The notes: generated by a model from the letters alone, not told the origin. A DNA stretch of 64,000 nucleotides from Clostridia bacterium (GCA_017396515.1 JAFQLV010000013.1:1010-65009); one strand, 5' to 3'. Numbered from the stretch's first letter, positions 1-8,648 are shown. Numbers and translations are program-made.

Positions 1-276
1 TCTGAAGGCCTCACGCATATCCTCACTGTGATATTTCACGGGGGTCGGCATATCTCCCGTAATTATCTCGGTCATATCGTGATAAAGGCCTAAAAATGCA
101 GCCCTTTCTGCGTTGAGCGTTCCGCCGAAGCGTATATTCTTTATCACTGCAAGGGCATGGGCAATAACTGCCACATCGTTGCTGTGCTCGCTTATATTTT
201 CAGAGCTTACATTTCTCATAAGAGCCCAGCGGTTAATATATTTCATTCTCGAGTGCATTGCAAAAAAATGACCCAT
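1..276 (-). CDS. HD-domain 5'-deoxynucleotidase (YfbR-like), N-terminal part; 3' end lies outside the window
   Basis: Own translation from ATG at 274-276 (minus strand): MGHFFAMHSRMKYINRWALMRNVSSENISEHSNDVAVIAHAL...GLYHDMTEIITGDMPTPVKYH. The H...HD pattern is typical of YfbR-type HD hydrolases. It is absent from the ORF track because it is truncated. Confidence 0.65.
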   Translation of the reverse strand, partial: MGHFFAMHSRMKYINRWALMRNVSSENISEHSNDVAVIAHALAVIKNIRFGGTLNAERAAFLGLYHDMTEIITGDMPTPVKYHSEDMREAFR

Positions 277-278
277 AG

Positions 279-1628
279 TTAACTTCCTTTCTTTGATATG
301 ACATAATCGTCCTTTACTCCCGCGGCAATGGTGAAGGGGTCAGGCGCGGTGCCGTCCCAGACATAAAGATATGCCACACCTGTCTGCTTGCCGTACCATG
401 TTTTGTAGGGATGTATTATATAAAACAGACCTTTGTCAACATATTCTATTCCCTTGGCACCGTTTGAGGCAAACCAGCCGTATATACCCGTGTTTTCATG
501 ACGAAGGCCGTCCTGATAAAGAGTGAGCACCTTCTGCACATCTTCGCCCTGCTGACCCTTGAGTGCCTGCTTTTTCGGCTTTATATCGCCGTCAACTATA
601 AACAGGTTATAATCAGGGAATTTATCTTCTTTCAGAGTGGTGTAAACATTGAGCATCCACAAATTAAGCTCAGGGAAATATGTCATAGTCTGCACACCGT
701 AATTTGTGTTGCCTGTATAAACGAAGTATTTGCCGGCGTGCTTTTCGGGGCCTTTGTGGTGTACCTTGCTTTCATTAAGCGGCTGTGCATATTTATCCCA
801 CCAGCCGCTGACATCATATTGCAGAAGTATCTGATAGTCATTATCCGTTCTCTCTGTCTGAGGTGTTGTGCCGCAGGAGATTGTAAGATAATGCCCCTTT
901 CCCGATGAAAAGGAAGGTCCGAAGCACATGGCATCGGTGCCTGAAACACCGTAACGCCTTGAATAGGTTCTGCCCCCGTTTTGCACTTTAGCGGAAAAAT
1001 CCTTCCACACCTCAGGCAGATGAACAGTGCGGACAAGACCGCTTTTTTCGCAATCAAGACACTTTTTATCAAGCTTTGCAACATCTATAATTGCAACATA
1101 GAGTGCCTTTTTGCCCACAGGATTAAGGGAAGCATAGACCTTGCCGTCTTTTTCGTTATAGCAAACATCGCCCAGGTGCCCCTCGAAGCCCGTAAGGGTT
1201 CCTAAGGCATTGCCCTCAAGGTCACACTTGACAAAGGTGTTTGTGTAGGAATAATAGGCAAAGCCGCCCTGCTTATCAATTGCCATACCCTGGCAGTGCT
1301 TGATATCCCATGAGCCGCCGTTGGCAAGAGATAAGGGAAAATAGTCAATAACCGAAAAGCCCTCGAACTCAATAACGGGTGCCGCAGTGGTGGCAGCGGT
1401 AGTTTCTTCAGGCTCGGTTGTCGTGGGCTTGGTGGTTGCAGGCTTGGTTGTCGTCGCCTTTTCTGTGGTACGCGGCTGAGTTGTTGCAGTAGTTGTCTGT
1501 GTTGTTGCCGCCACAAAGGGTGAGAGCACTCCCCCGTCACCGAAAACACTCAGGCTTATATAGCAGAATGACACCAGAGCCAAAACACATATGAAGCCGA
1601 GAGCAAAATTATGAAGCATCTTTTTCAT
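279..1628 (-). CDS. Secreted or membrane-anchored protein of unknown function (N-terminal hydrophobic segment, Thr/Pro-rich linker, globular domain)
   Basis: 449-aa ORF. It has an N-terminal hydrophobic stretch (FALGFICVLALVSFCYISL), then a TTTATTQPRTTEKATTTKPATTKPTTTEPEETT linker. I recognise no catalytic motif. Confidence 0.6.
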   Translation of the reverse strand: MKKMLHNFALGFICVLALVSFCYISLSVFGDGGVLSPFVAATTQTTTATTQPRTTEKATTTKPATTKPTTTEPEETTAATTAAPVIEFEGFSVIDYFPLSLANGGSWDIKHCQGMAIDKQGGFAYYSYTNTFVKCDLEGNALGTLTGFEGHLGDVCYNEKDGKVYASLNPVGKKALYVAIIDVAKLDKKCLDCEKSGLVRTVHLPEVWKDFSAKVQNGGRTYSRRYGVSGTDAMCFGPSFSSGKGHYLTISCGTTPQTERTDNDYQILLQYDVSGWWDKYAQPLNESKVHHKGPEKHAGKYFVYTGNTNYGVQTMTYFPELNLWMLNVYTTLKEDKFPDYNLFIVDGDIKPKKQALKGQQGEDVQKVLTLYQDGLRHENTGIYGWFASNGAKGIEYVDKGLFYIIHPYKTWYGKQTGVAYLYVWDGTAPDPFTIAAGVKDDYVISKKGS

Positions 1629-1650
1629 TTACAAAACTCCGGAGTTATAA

Positions 1651-1691
1651 TTTAAAACGGTCGCAGACAGGCAAAACCTGCACCGCGACCG
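1651..1691 (-). terminator. Putative terminator downstream of pduL
   Basis: CGGTCGC/GCGACCG outer stem with a CAGG/CCTG inner stem, then a T-rich tract on the minus strand. Confidence 0.5.
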
Positions 1692-1705
1692 AACCTTATC
1701 ATATC

Positions 1706-2296
1706 TTAGTCGATAATGTCGCCTTCCATACCGGGTACACATGAAGCAGCGTTGCTTTCGTCTGTGTCAATATGCATAGCAAGTGCATATGAGGGGCTTA
1801 CTCTTACAACAACATCACCGAAAACAAGGCTTCAGCCGTCAGTTTCAACCTTAACGGAAACGATCTGCTTGTCTTCAAGGTTATATTTTTCAGCATCAGC
1901 AGGTGTCATATGGATGTGACGCTTTGCAATGATAACGCCGTCTTCAAGCTCAACCTCACCCTTGGGGCCTACAAGCTTGCAGCCGTTGCTGCCCTTAAGG
2001 TCGCCTGATTCACGGATGGGAGCCTTAACGCCGATTGAGCGTGCATCGCCTGCGCTGAGCTCAACCTGAGTTTCGGGGCGTACAGGGCCGAGAATTGAAA
2101 CTGCGGGGAAGCTGCCCTTGGGGCCGATTACCTGCACTCTTTCCTCACAAGCGTACTGACCGGGCTGAGAGAGGTCCTTTTTTCTTGTAAGCTCATAGCC
2201 TTCACCGAAAAGGATGTCGAGCACTCTGCGGCTGACATGGATATGTCTTGCTGATGTTTCAACTAAAACAGGTCTGTTCATATTATTGTCCTCCAA
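1706..2296 (-). pseudogene. pduL: Phosphate propanoyltransferase PduL interrupted by an in-frame TGA at 1832-1834
   Basis: The 154-aa ORF carries the PduL-type motifs SARHIHVS and AKRHIHMTPADA. The same frame continues past the TGA as SLVFGDVVVRVSPSYALAMHIDTDESNAA...IID to TAA at 1706-1708, giving a normal PduL length of about 196 aa. Confidence 0.75.
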
Positions 2297-2422
2297 AAAA
2301 ATAATATAATAAATTTACAAGGGATATTTTACAACATATTTCAATTAAATTCAACATAGAAATTGAAATTTTCTGTATTTGTGTTAAAATAAATAAAAAG
2401 ACTCTGTAAAGGAGTGATTAAA

Positions 2423-2992
2423 ATGTTAGAAAAAGAATTTGAAGAGCTTAAAAACGAATGTCTCACCTGCCAAAAATGCGAGCTGTGCTCCGGCAGGCAC
2501 AATGTGGTTTTCGGTGTGGGAAGCCCCAAGGCAAAAATTATGTTTGTGGGCGAAGGCCCCGGCGAGCAGGAGGATTTACAGGGCGAGCCCTTTGTGGGCA
2601 AAAGCGGCCGGCTCCTTGACAAATATCTCTCACTTATTGACCTTTCAAGGGACGCGAACATATATATCGCAAACATTGTCAAGTGCCGCCCGCCCATGAA
2701 CCGTGACCCGAAGCCTGAGGAGCAGGACATCTGCATAGGCTATCTCCGACAGCAGGTCAGGCTCATAAAGCCGCGAATTATCGTGTGTCTCGGCAGAATA
2801 GCGGCACAAAGGCTCATTTCACCTGATTTTCGTGTGACGGCACAGCACGGTGAGTTCACCGAAAAAGGCGGCATACTCTTTATGGGCACCTTTCACCCCT
2901 CGGCACTGCTGAGAAATGAAAGCAACAAGCCTCTTGCCCTTGAGGATTTTCAAAAGCTCAGAGAGAAGATAAAAGAGGAAAAGCTTATATGA
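2423..2992 (+). CDS. Uracil-DNA glycosylase, family 4
   Basis: GEGPGEQED and FHPSALLRN motifs. AGGAG lies 8 nt upstream of the ATG at 2423. The gene ends with TGA at the expected length. Confidence 0.85.
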   Translation: MLEKEFEELKNECLTCQKCELCSGRHNVVFGVGSPKAKIMFVGEGPGEQEDLQGEPFVGKSGRLLDKYLSLIDLSRDANIYIANIVKCRPPMNRDPKPEEQDICIGYLRQQVRLIKPRIIVCLGRIAAQRLISPDFRVTAQHGEFTEKGGILFMGTFHPSALLRNESNKPLALEDFQKLREKIKEEKLI

Positions 2993-3030
2993 CAACGAAA
3001 CAGGGAGCAGTCTTGCCCCCTGTTGTGTTT

Positions 3031-6000
3031 TTAATAATGTGCCACACCGCAATCGCAGACGGCGTTTTTCTTGAAGAGCTTCTGGAAGAAGAGAATGAAA
3101 TTGAAGAAAAATTTTTTTATGCCGGATGCGTGGCAGTTGCAGCCACATTCGTCGGCTTTGTCATAGCCGCAAGAGGTGCACTTTGAGCCGTCAAAGGTGT
3201 GGCTATGTTCAACAAGCGCATAATAACTCAAATGTTCTGTCACAAACGTAGCATAATCGCCCTCAACCTTTGCACTCACGGATTCAATCGTACCATCTTC
3301 CTTATACCAATAAACCATGATATTATTTCTGTCATAACCTACTGGTATAGGTATCATAACTTTAATTTTTCCATTTGGTTGTGCTTCCTTGCCACCTTTA
3401 TAAAGAGTAATATTATAAAGTTTATATTGCTCTGACAATCCATTCAATACTTTATCAGCTTCTATAGCAACTTGATTATTTTCAGCAACAATATATGAAT
3501 GCAAAACATATTCGGGTGACAACTCTGTTTCAGGATTTACAACAACTCCGTTTGATGTATAAGCATCATCATCATTAAGAGGTGGATAAATCACAATCAA
3601 CGGTGCATTATAACTCTTTGAAAAATCGTCTGCTTGAGCAACAATATTCTGAGCATCATTGAATGCAAACATCATTTCAATTACTTTTCCTGTAGGAAGA
3701 ATATTCCAAAGAACAGACTCTGCCAAAGATATTCCAAATTCAAGATTAATTGCATCTGTTACAATTTTAACAATATCCAAATCAAGTTTTTTCATCGCTT
3801 CTGTAAACTCTGCAACATTAAGATTAATATTTTTATATGATATGTTTTTCGAAAGAGACGAAGCATATGTTTGCACTACTTGTATTAATCCAGATTCAAT
3901 TAAATCTTTAACAATACTTTTGCTCAAATCTTTTATCAAAGCACTTTTTTCAGACATTCCTATACTTGCAGAAACTGTTGAAAGTGCAACATTGGTTGTA
4001 TATTCAATCATATTAACAAGATATGCCAATTCATTTTCACTGCAATTATTCGTAATTACTACATATCCGTTTTGAGGAATTTCTAATTGAACATGGGTAT
4101 GTTTAGATATAGAATCACCTGTATAATAATACTTGTCACCAAAAAGCTTACCTAAGTCATAAATTGAGTAACCCAACTCAGCTATATTTTCAGTTAATGT
4201 TGTTTTGTATTCTTTATACGGTTCTAAAATTTCAAAGTCGTGAATTTCACCAATTGAATTGTAAGAAACCGCAACACCATAGTGATGCTTTGAATTATAT
4301 GCATTCATATTCACATAATAGTAACCGTTTTGTTGGGTATAGTTAAAGTAGTCAATACACAAACCGTTGTAATTATAAAAATTTGTTTGTCTGCCTTTTT
4401 GATATTCTTTTGAGGGCACATTATTGAAATAATATACATTCATTTTTGGGGTTGCAGTCAAAAGTACTGTAATATAAGCACCCGTCTCAGAATCACTTAT
4501 AGTGAGGTTTGTAACACCCTCTTTTTTTGCTTTTAACTCTAATGTAAAATAAGCGCCCTCACTATTAGTGTTTGAATTTGAAAAGACGACATCAAAAATA
4601 CCCGGGTTGTCAAAAGATAAGTTAAAAGTTTTTTCCTCATAAGTTTGTTTTCCATTTTTATAGAGAGCAACCCACAAAGGCAAAATTTCATCAACAGGAA
4701 TTGAATTAGAGGAATTTACTGATTCAACTTCAAGATAGCAATCTTCACCTTTTACTGTAACAGTACAACTTTCCGTAGTTCCGTCGGAAGCCGTGGCGGT
4801 AAGTGTAACTGTTCCAAGTTTTAATGCCTTTACATCTAATGTTAAAACATGATAGCCCTTTTCTCTATAATAGAAGCCACCGCTATCTGTGATTTTTAGA
4901 ATACTCTCATCGCTACAAGACCACTCAACATCTTCATAGGTCAAATTGTCAGAATACATTTTTGCGGATAATCCCGAGATTTTAAAATTGTTTTCATCAT
5001 GTAATAACATTGATGAACCTGTGTAAATATAATAATTGTTGCCGTTATCAAAAACAATTTCCGTCTCTTGGTCTTCCGGCTCATCAGTACTAGTTGAATT
5101 ATAATGAATATTAGGACTTCCATATATTTTTTTGTCTCCTATCATTTTTTCCCAATCTTCTTGTGTGCCTGCATAAAATATATCAGAAAAATTATAGCAA
5201 CCATCAAATGCATTTCCACCTATTTCAACAACTGTTTTTGGAATATACATTGTTGTCAAATTATTACAATATTGAAAAGCATTACCACTAAGCTCTTTCA
5301 CCCCTTCTTCTAATATGACATCCGTTATTTGATGATAACCTGAGAGGCATGAGCTTACTTGTTTTATTTCTTTAGGTATTACTATTTTTCCTGCTACTAA
5401 TTCATTACAAATGTAAAATTGTTCTGCAAAATACGTTGGACGATCTGGACCATAATTTGAAGAAATATTATACCATTCAGTCAATGTGCCCGAAAAATAT
5501 ACACTTTTTACACCAAAACATTCTCTAAACGCATATGTTCCCATTCTTTTTACGCTATTGGGAATATGGATAATTTCCAAGTTTTCGCATCCTTTAAAAG
5601 CAAAACCTCCTATTTCTGTAACCCCGTAAGGAATATAAATTTTTGTTAAACTTGTCATATCTGAAAAAGCGTAAGGCGTTATATAAGTAGTTCCTGAACT
5701 TATTGTAATACTAATATTTTCTGTCGGCTCGCCTTTATAGCAATAGCAAATATCGTTAATGTACACTACGCCGTCAGGTTGAGAATTGTACCATTTTGTA
5801 TGCAAAAATGCGCCTTCCCTAATTTTTCTCACACTAGTTGGTATATAAATATTTTCCAAATAATAAAAACTCATGAACGCATATGCACTAATAGATGTTA
5901 CTCCATCTTCGACAATTAAACTTTTAACATTATAGTTTAAATCCTTCCAAGGAGTTTCATATCTTGAAGTATAATTAGTCATTTCACCATTACCGCTTAT

Positions 6001-6198
6001 AAACAGTGTATCACCATCGCGATGCCAAGTTAAGTTTTCTCCACACTTCCCGCTATTTGCTCTCGCTTTACCACCAAAGCAGTTACTAAAATTAAATTCT
6101 GGCCACTCCAACCCTACAAGCCCTTGTAGCGGTGCACTTGTCAAGCATATAACCACAACAAGCAGAGAACATAAGATTTTTTTCATTGTCTTTCCCAT
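3031..6198 (-). CDS. Large surface protein: signal peptide, BspA-type leucine-rich repeats, Ig-like (Big_2-like) domains, Cys-flanked hydrophobic C-terminal tail
   Basis: Repeated I(Y/H)IP.SV..IG..AF..C units. LTATASDGTTESCTVTV is an Ig-like segment. GGAGG lies 9 nt upstream of the ATG at 6198 (MGKTMKKILCSLLVVVICL). The tail is CGCNCHASGIKKFFFNFILFFQKLFKKNAVCDCGVAHY. Confidence 0.8.
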   Translation of the reverse strand: MGKTMKKILCSLLVVVICLTSAPLQGLVGLEWPEFNFSNCFGGKARANSGKCGENLTWHRDGDTLFISGNGEMTNYTSRYETPWKDLNYNVKSLIVEDGVTSISAYAFMSFYYLENIYIPTSVRKIREGAFLHTKWYNSQPDGVVYINDICYCYKGEPTENISITISSGTTYITPYAFSDMTSLTKIYIPYGVTEIGGFAFKGCENLEIIHIPNSVKRMGTYAFRECFGVKSVYFSGTLTEWYNISSNYGPDRPTYFAEQFYICNELVAGKIVIPKEIKQVSSCLSGYHQITDVILEEGVKELSGNAFQYCNNLTTMYIPKTVVEIGGNAFDGCYNFSDIFYAGTQEDWEKMIGDKKIYGSPNIHYNSTSTDEPEDQETEIVFDNGNNYYIYTGSSMLLHDENNFKISGLSAKMYSDNLTYEDVEWSCSDESILKITDSGGFYYREKGYHVLTLDVKALKLGTVTLTATASDGTTESCTVTVKGEDCYLEVESVNSSNSIPVDEILPLWVALYKNGKQTYEEKTFNLSFDNPGIFDVVFSNSNTNSEGAYFTLELKAKKEGVTNLTISDSETGAYITVLLTATPKMNVYYFNNVPSKEYQKGRQTNFYNYNGLCIDYFNYTQQNGYYYVNMNAYNSKHHYGVAVSYNSIGEIHDFEILEPYKEYKTTLTENIAELGYSIYDLGKLFGDKYYYTGDSISKHTHVQLEIPQNGYVVITNNCSENELAYLVNMIEYTTNVALSTVSASIGMSEKSALIKDLSKSIVKDLIESGLIQVVQTYASSLSKNISYKNINLNVAEFTEAMKKLDLDIVKIVTDAINLEFGISLAESVLWNILPTGKVIEMMFAFNDAQNIVAQADDFSKSYNAPLIVIYPPLNDDDAYTSNGVVVNPETELSPEYVLHSYIVAENNQVAIEADKVLNGLSEQYKLYNITLYKGGKEAQPNGKIKVMIPIPVGYDRNNIMVYWYKEDGTIESVSAKVEGDYATFVTEHLSYYALVEHSHTFDGSKCTSCGYDKADECGCNCHASGIKKFFFNFILFFQKLFKKNAVCDCGVAHY

Positions 6199-6216
6199 TT
6201 TGTTTTTACCTCCAAA

Positions 6217-6269
6217 TATAAAAAGTGCGTCTGCAAATGAGACGCACTGCAAAAATGGTTCTCATTTGC
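6217..6269 (-). promoter_or_regulatory. Leader terminator hairpin plus a competing upstream complement, just before the RBS of the LRR surface protein gene
   Basis: The minus strand reads AGTGCGTC-tcatttgca-GACGCACT followed by TTTTTATATTT, 0-6 nt before GGAGG. GCAAATGAGA (rc of 6260-6269) is complementary to TCTCATTTGC (rc of 6233-6242), which covers the terminator loop and the edge of its stem. Confidence 0.4.
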
Positions 6270-6436
6270 TACCACACAAAATTAACAGTTTACTTCAACC
6301 GAAATATAGTTAATCAGAGAAATCCATCAATGCCGATAGTTTTCCCGGTTAAAGTAATATTAAACTGTAATTTATGTGGTGATTTTAGTTTACCACCATT
6401 CTCCCAAAAAATCAACCTTTTCTCAAACAAATAACA

Positions 6437-6471
6437 TAAAAGATAAAAGGACACAGCTTGCACCGTGTCCT
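6437..6471 (-). terminator. Terminator of the PAP2 phosphatase gene
   Basis: The minus strand reads AGGACAC-ggtgcaagct-GTGTCCT followed by TTTATCTTTT. Confidence 0.7.
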
Positions 6472-6543
6472 CATAAGTATATTTCCTTTCGGCGGGTCAA
6501 AGCTCACCACCGCCACAGGTTGGGTCGCGTACCCAAAACAGCC

Positions 6544-7275
6544 TTAAGCTGCTTTTTTCTCTTTCTTGGGCAGCTTTGTCTTTGCCCAGTCGATACCTTT
6601 TTCGATAAAGGGATAAACCAGCTTGACGATAAGCACACCGATAAGAGCGTAAATGATGCCAACAACTGTGCCGGCAATAACATCTGTGCAGTAGTGAACC
6701 TCAACATAAATTCTTGAAAAGCCCATAAGTGCGGCAAGAATTGTTGTGGGGATGCCTATCTTTCTGTCGTACCAGAGAACTGCAATAGCCGCTGCAAAGG
6801 CTGATGATGTGTGGCCTGAGGGGAATGAGTAGCTTGTGAGCTTGTCAACAAAATTCGGGAACTCGTAGGTTTCAACCCATTTTGCGGCAAATTCGGGGTA
6901 CTTCTCAATGAGAGCCGTAACTCTCTCAACAAAGTAGTCAAATCTTGCACCCTTGCCTGCTTCAAGGAAAACATCCTTGTCAGCCATAAGGCCCTCAAGG
7001 TCAAAGATATAGAAGGGTCTTACTCTTGCAAAGAGGTCCTTGAGCACCACATTGTTAAGAAGTGTCATAACAAGCAGTGAAATAAGAACTGTAAGACCTG
7101 CCTTGCGGTACTTCTTTGTGCAAAGAAGTATAAGACCAAGTGCAATAAAGATAATGCCTTCATCGCCCAGTGTGGTAATTACTACCATAATTGCGGTTAA
7201 AATTGAATTCTGAATGCTCTGAACCCACTCAAACACGCTGAGGTCGAAATTTAAAAATGCATCAAAAAATTCCAT
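6544..7275 (-). CDS. PAP2-family phosphatase (membrane)
   Basis: The three PAP2 motifs are present: KDLFARVRP, FPSGHTS and SRIYVEVHYCTDV. The protein has multiple TM segments. Confidence 0.8.
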   Translation of the reverse strand: MEFFDAFLNFDLSVFEWVQSIQNSILTAIMVVITTLGDEGIIFIALGLILLCTKKYRKAGLTVLISLLVMTLLNNVVLKDLFARVRPFYIFDLEGLMADKDVFLEAGKGARFDYFVERVTALIEKYPEFAAKWVETYEFPNFVDKLTSYSFPSGHTSSAFAAAIAVLWYDRKIGIPTTILAALMGFSRIYVEVHYCTDVIAGTVVGIIYALIGVLIVKLVYPFIEKGIDWAKTKLPKKEKKAA

Positions 7276-7352
7276 TTTTAATCCTTCTTTCTTTCATTTT
7301 TATCTATCAAAAAGTTACCTGTCAGTAACCGATGACCTTTATTCAATTATAT

Positions 7353-7817
7353 TTATATGCTTTTAAATTCTATGTCAAACTGCCCTTTTTCTATAGTGAG
7401 AACACAGTATTTTCTCTCACACAAGGCACCCGGATTAATTGCACATATGCCCGTAACAGGGTCGTTATACATATTCGCCTTATGGGTGTGGCCGTAAAGT
7501 GCTATGTTTGCCCTGACACCTTCGGCTTTTTTGAGAAGTGATGTCAATGTATATCTCACATCAAATATATGTCCGTGGCATGCCATGATTGTAACACCGT
7601 CTATGTGCTTATAGGCTTCAGTTTCAAATGAAGAATAAAAATCGTTGTTGCCCTTGACGGCAATAAAGCTTCTCTCGGGGAACATTTCAGTGAGTCTTTG
7701 CATATCTCTTGCACCGTCACCTAAAAAGAAAACCACCGGGCAATCCTTTTCAATTGTGAGCATCTCAATAGCGGCATTAAGTGCTCCGTGACTGTCTGAA
7801 AAGACCAGTGCTTTCAT
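7353..7817 (-). CDS. YfcE-family metallophosphoesterase
   Basis: Motifs SDSHG, GDG, GNND, HGH and GHTH occur in the canonical order. Confidence 0.85.
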   Translation of the reverse strand: MKALVFSDSHGALNAAIEMLTIEKDCPVVFFLGDGARDMQRLTEMFPERSFIAVKGNNDFYSSFETEAYKHIDGVTIMACHGHIFDVRYTLTSLLKKAEGVRANIALYGHTHKANMYNDPVTGICAINPGALCERKYCVLTIEKGQFDIEFKSI

Positions 7818-7884
7818 TCATATTTCACTCCCCGCAAGCATAATATTATACAGCTAATATTATCACAAGTCAGGTGGTTTTTCA

Positions 7885-8103
7885 ATGGGAAATGAAATAA
7901 ATCTTTCTAAAGAACAAATAAATTCACTTTTAGGCAGTCTCTCAGGCGGTACCCGTGACAGTGAGACACTAAAAAAAAGTCTCACACCCGGCCAGCAGGA
8001 GCAGCTGCAAAAAGTTATGTCTGACCCTGAGAAAATCAAAGCCGTATTGACCTCGCCCGAAGCAAAAAAATTGCTTGAAATGCTCAGAAAGAAAAGGGAG
8101 TAA
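7885..8103 (+). CDS. Hypothetical small protein (72 aa)
   Basis: ORF track only. It is the first of three tightly spaced same-strand small ORFs. Confidence 0.4.
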   Translation: MGNEINLSKEQINSLLGSLSGGTRDSETLKKSLTPGQQEQLQKVMSDPEKIKAVLTSPEAKKLLEMLRKKRE

Positions 8104-8106
8104 GCT

Positions 8107-8469
8107 ATGGATTTAGGCTCACTGAATATTGATAACCTTGAAAATATAATAAATTCACTGAGCCAAAGTGATATGGAACAGCTCTCTGACCTTGCACAGA
8201 CCTTTATGGGTACCCCGGGTGAGGACAAAAAGGAAAGCTCGGGCAATCAGAATCAGCCGCAGCAGGATTTTGATTTTGACCCGGCTATGCTGACAAAAAT
8301 TATGAAGCTTATGTCTAAGCTTTCCGCACAAAGAGATGACAGACGGTGCGAGCTTCTCAGGGCACTGAAGCCTCTGCTATCACCTGAAAAGCAGAAAAAA
8401 ACCGACGAAGCCATAAATATGCTGAAAATTTTATCCCTGCTGCCTCTCATTGACGAACTGAAAGGGTGA
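8107..8469 (+). CDS. Hypothetical protein (120 aa)
   Basis: ORF starts 3 nt after the preceding stop. It is an acidic/Gln-rich protein. No function is assignable. Confidence 0.5.
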   Translation: MDLGSLNIDNLENIINSLSQSDMEQLSDLAQTFMGTPGEDKKESSGNQNQPQQDFDFDPAMLTKIMKLMSKLSAQRDDRRCELLRALKPLLSPEKQKKTDEAINMLKILSLLPLIDELKG

Positions 8470-8473
8470 CGCA

Positions 8474-8623
8474 ATGGTTGATTTTTACGGCAGAGTACCC
8501 GACAAAAAGCCTGCCTCAGGCACAAATGAAGACTCGGCACTGATAATAGCACTGTTGCTGCTTTTAAAAAGTGAGCACTGTGACCAAATGCTGCTTTTTG
8601 CCCTTCTTTACATTCTCACTTGA
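8474..8623 (+). CDS. Hypothetical small hydrophobic protein (49 aa); not in the ORF track
   Basis: Own translation: MVDFYGRVPDKKPASGTNEDSALIIALLLLLKSEHCDQMLLFALLYILT. The ATG lies 4 nt after the previous stop, and AAGGGTG lies upstream. Confidence 0.3.
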   Translation: MVDFYGRVPDKKPASGTNEDSALIIALLLLLKSEHCDQMLLFALLYILT

Positions 8624-8648
8624 CAAACTGTGCCCTGTCAGCTATGAT
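8620..8648 (+). promoter_or_regulatory. Promoter of the TSCPD gene
   Basis: TTGACA at 8620-8625, a 17-nt spacer, then TATGAT at 8643-8648. Confidence 0.55.

Noticed and set aside
498-1549. Several ORF-track entries overlap the 449-aa gene: 498..908(+), 683..1084(-), 981..1205(+) and 1202..1549(-). Many similar nested or antisense ORFs occur throughout the window.
   Set aside because: They lie inside or antisense to longer ORFs with clear protein features. They have no RBS and show low-complexity or stop-depleted artefact composition. I did not report them as genes.
1655-1666. A 12-nt identity (AAACGGTCGCAG) links the pduL terminator stem and the reverse complement of 25572-25583 in another terminator. 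This could indicate miniature relatives of the GGTCGCG elements.
   Set aside because: The match is short and the two copies differ in orientation relative to their genes. GC-rich terminator stems can converge. I note it but do not claim it.
1832-1834. I considered whether the in-frame TGA in pduL is selenocysteine or evidence of a reassigned genetic code.
   Set aside because: TGA terminates several genes at their expected lengths (UDG 2990-2992, ridA, ilvB). The aligned residue in PduL homologues is Arg, not Cys. I saw no obvious SECIS-like hairpin directly downstream.
1716-1919. The plus-strand 67-aa ORF downstream of the pduL ORF.
   Set aside because: It is antisense to the in-frame continuation of pduL, which encodes the conserved RVSP...MHIDTDE segment.
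6490-6548. A possible degenerate relic of the element family (CACCACCGCC...GGGTCGCG...CCTTAAGC) lies next to the PAP2 stop codon.
   Set aside because: Only three short motifs are shared, their order and spacing differ from the full copies, and CCTTAAGC overlaps coding sequence. The evidence is insufficient.
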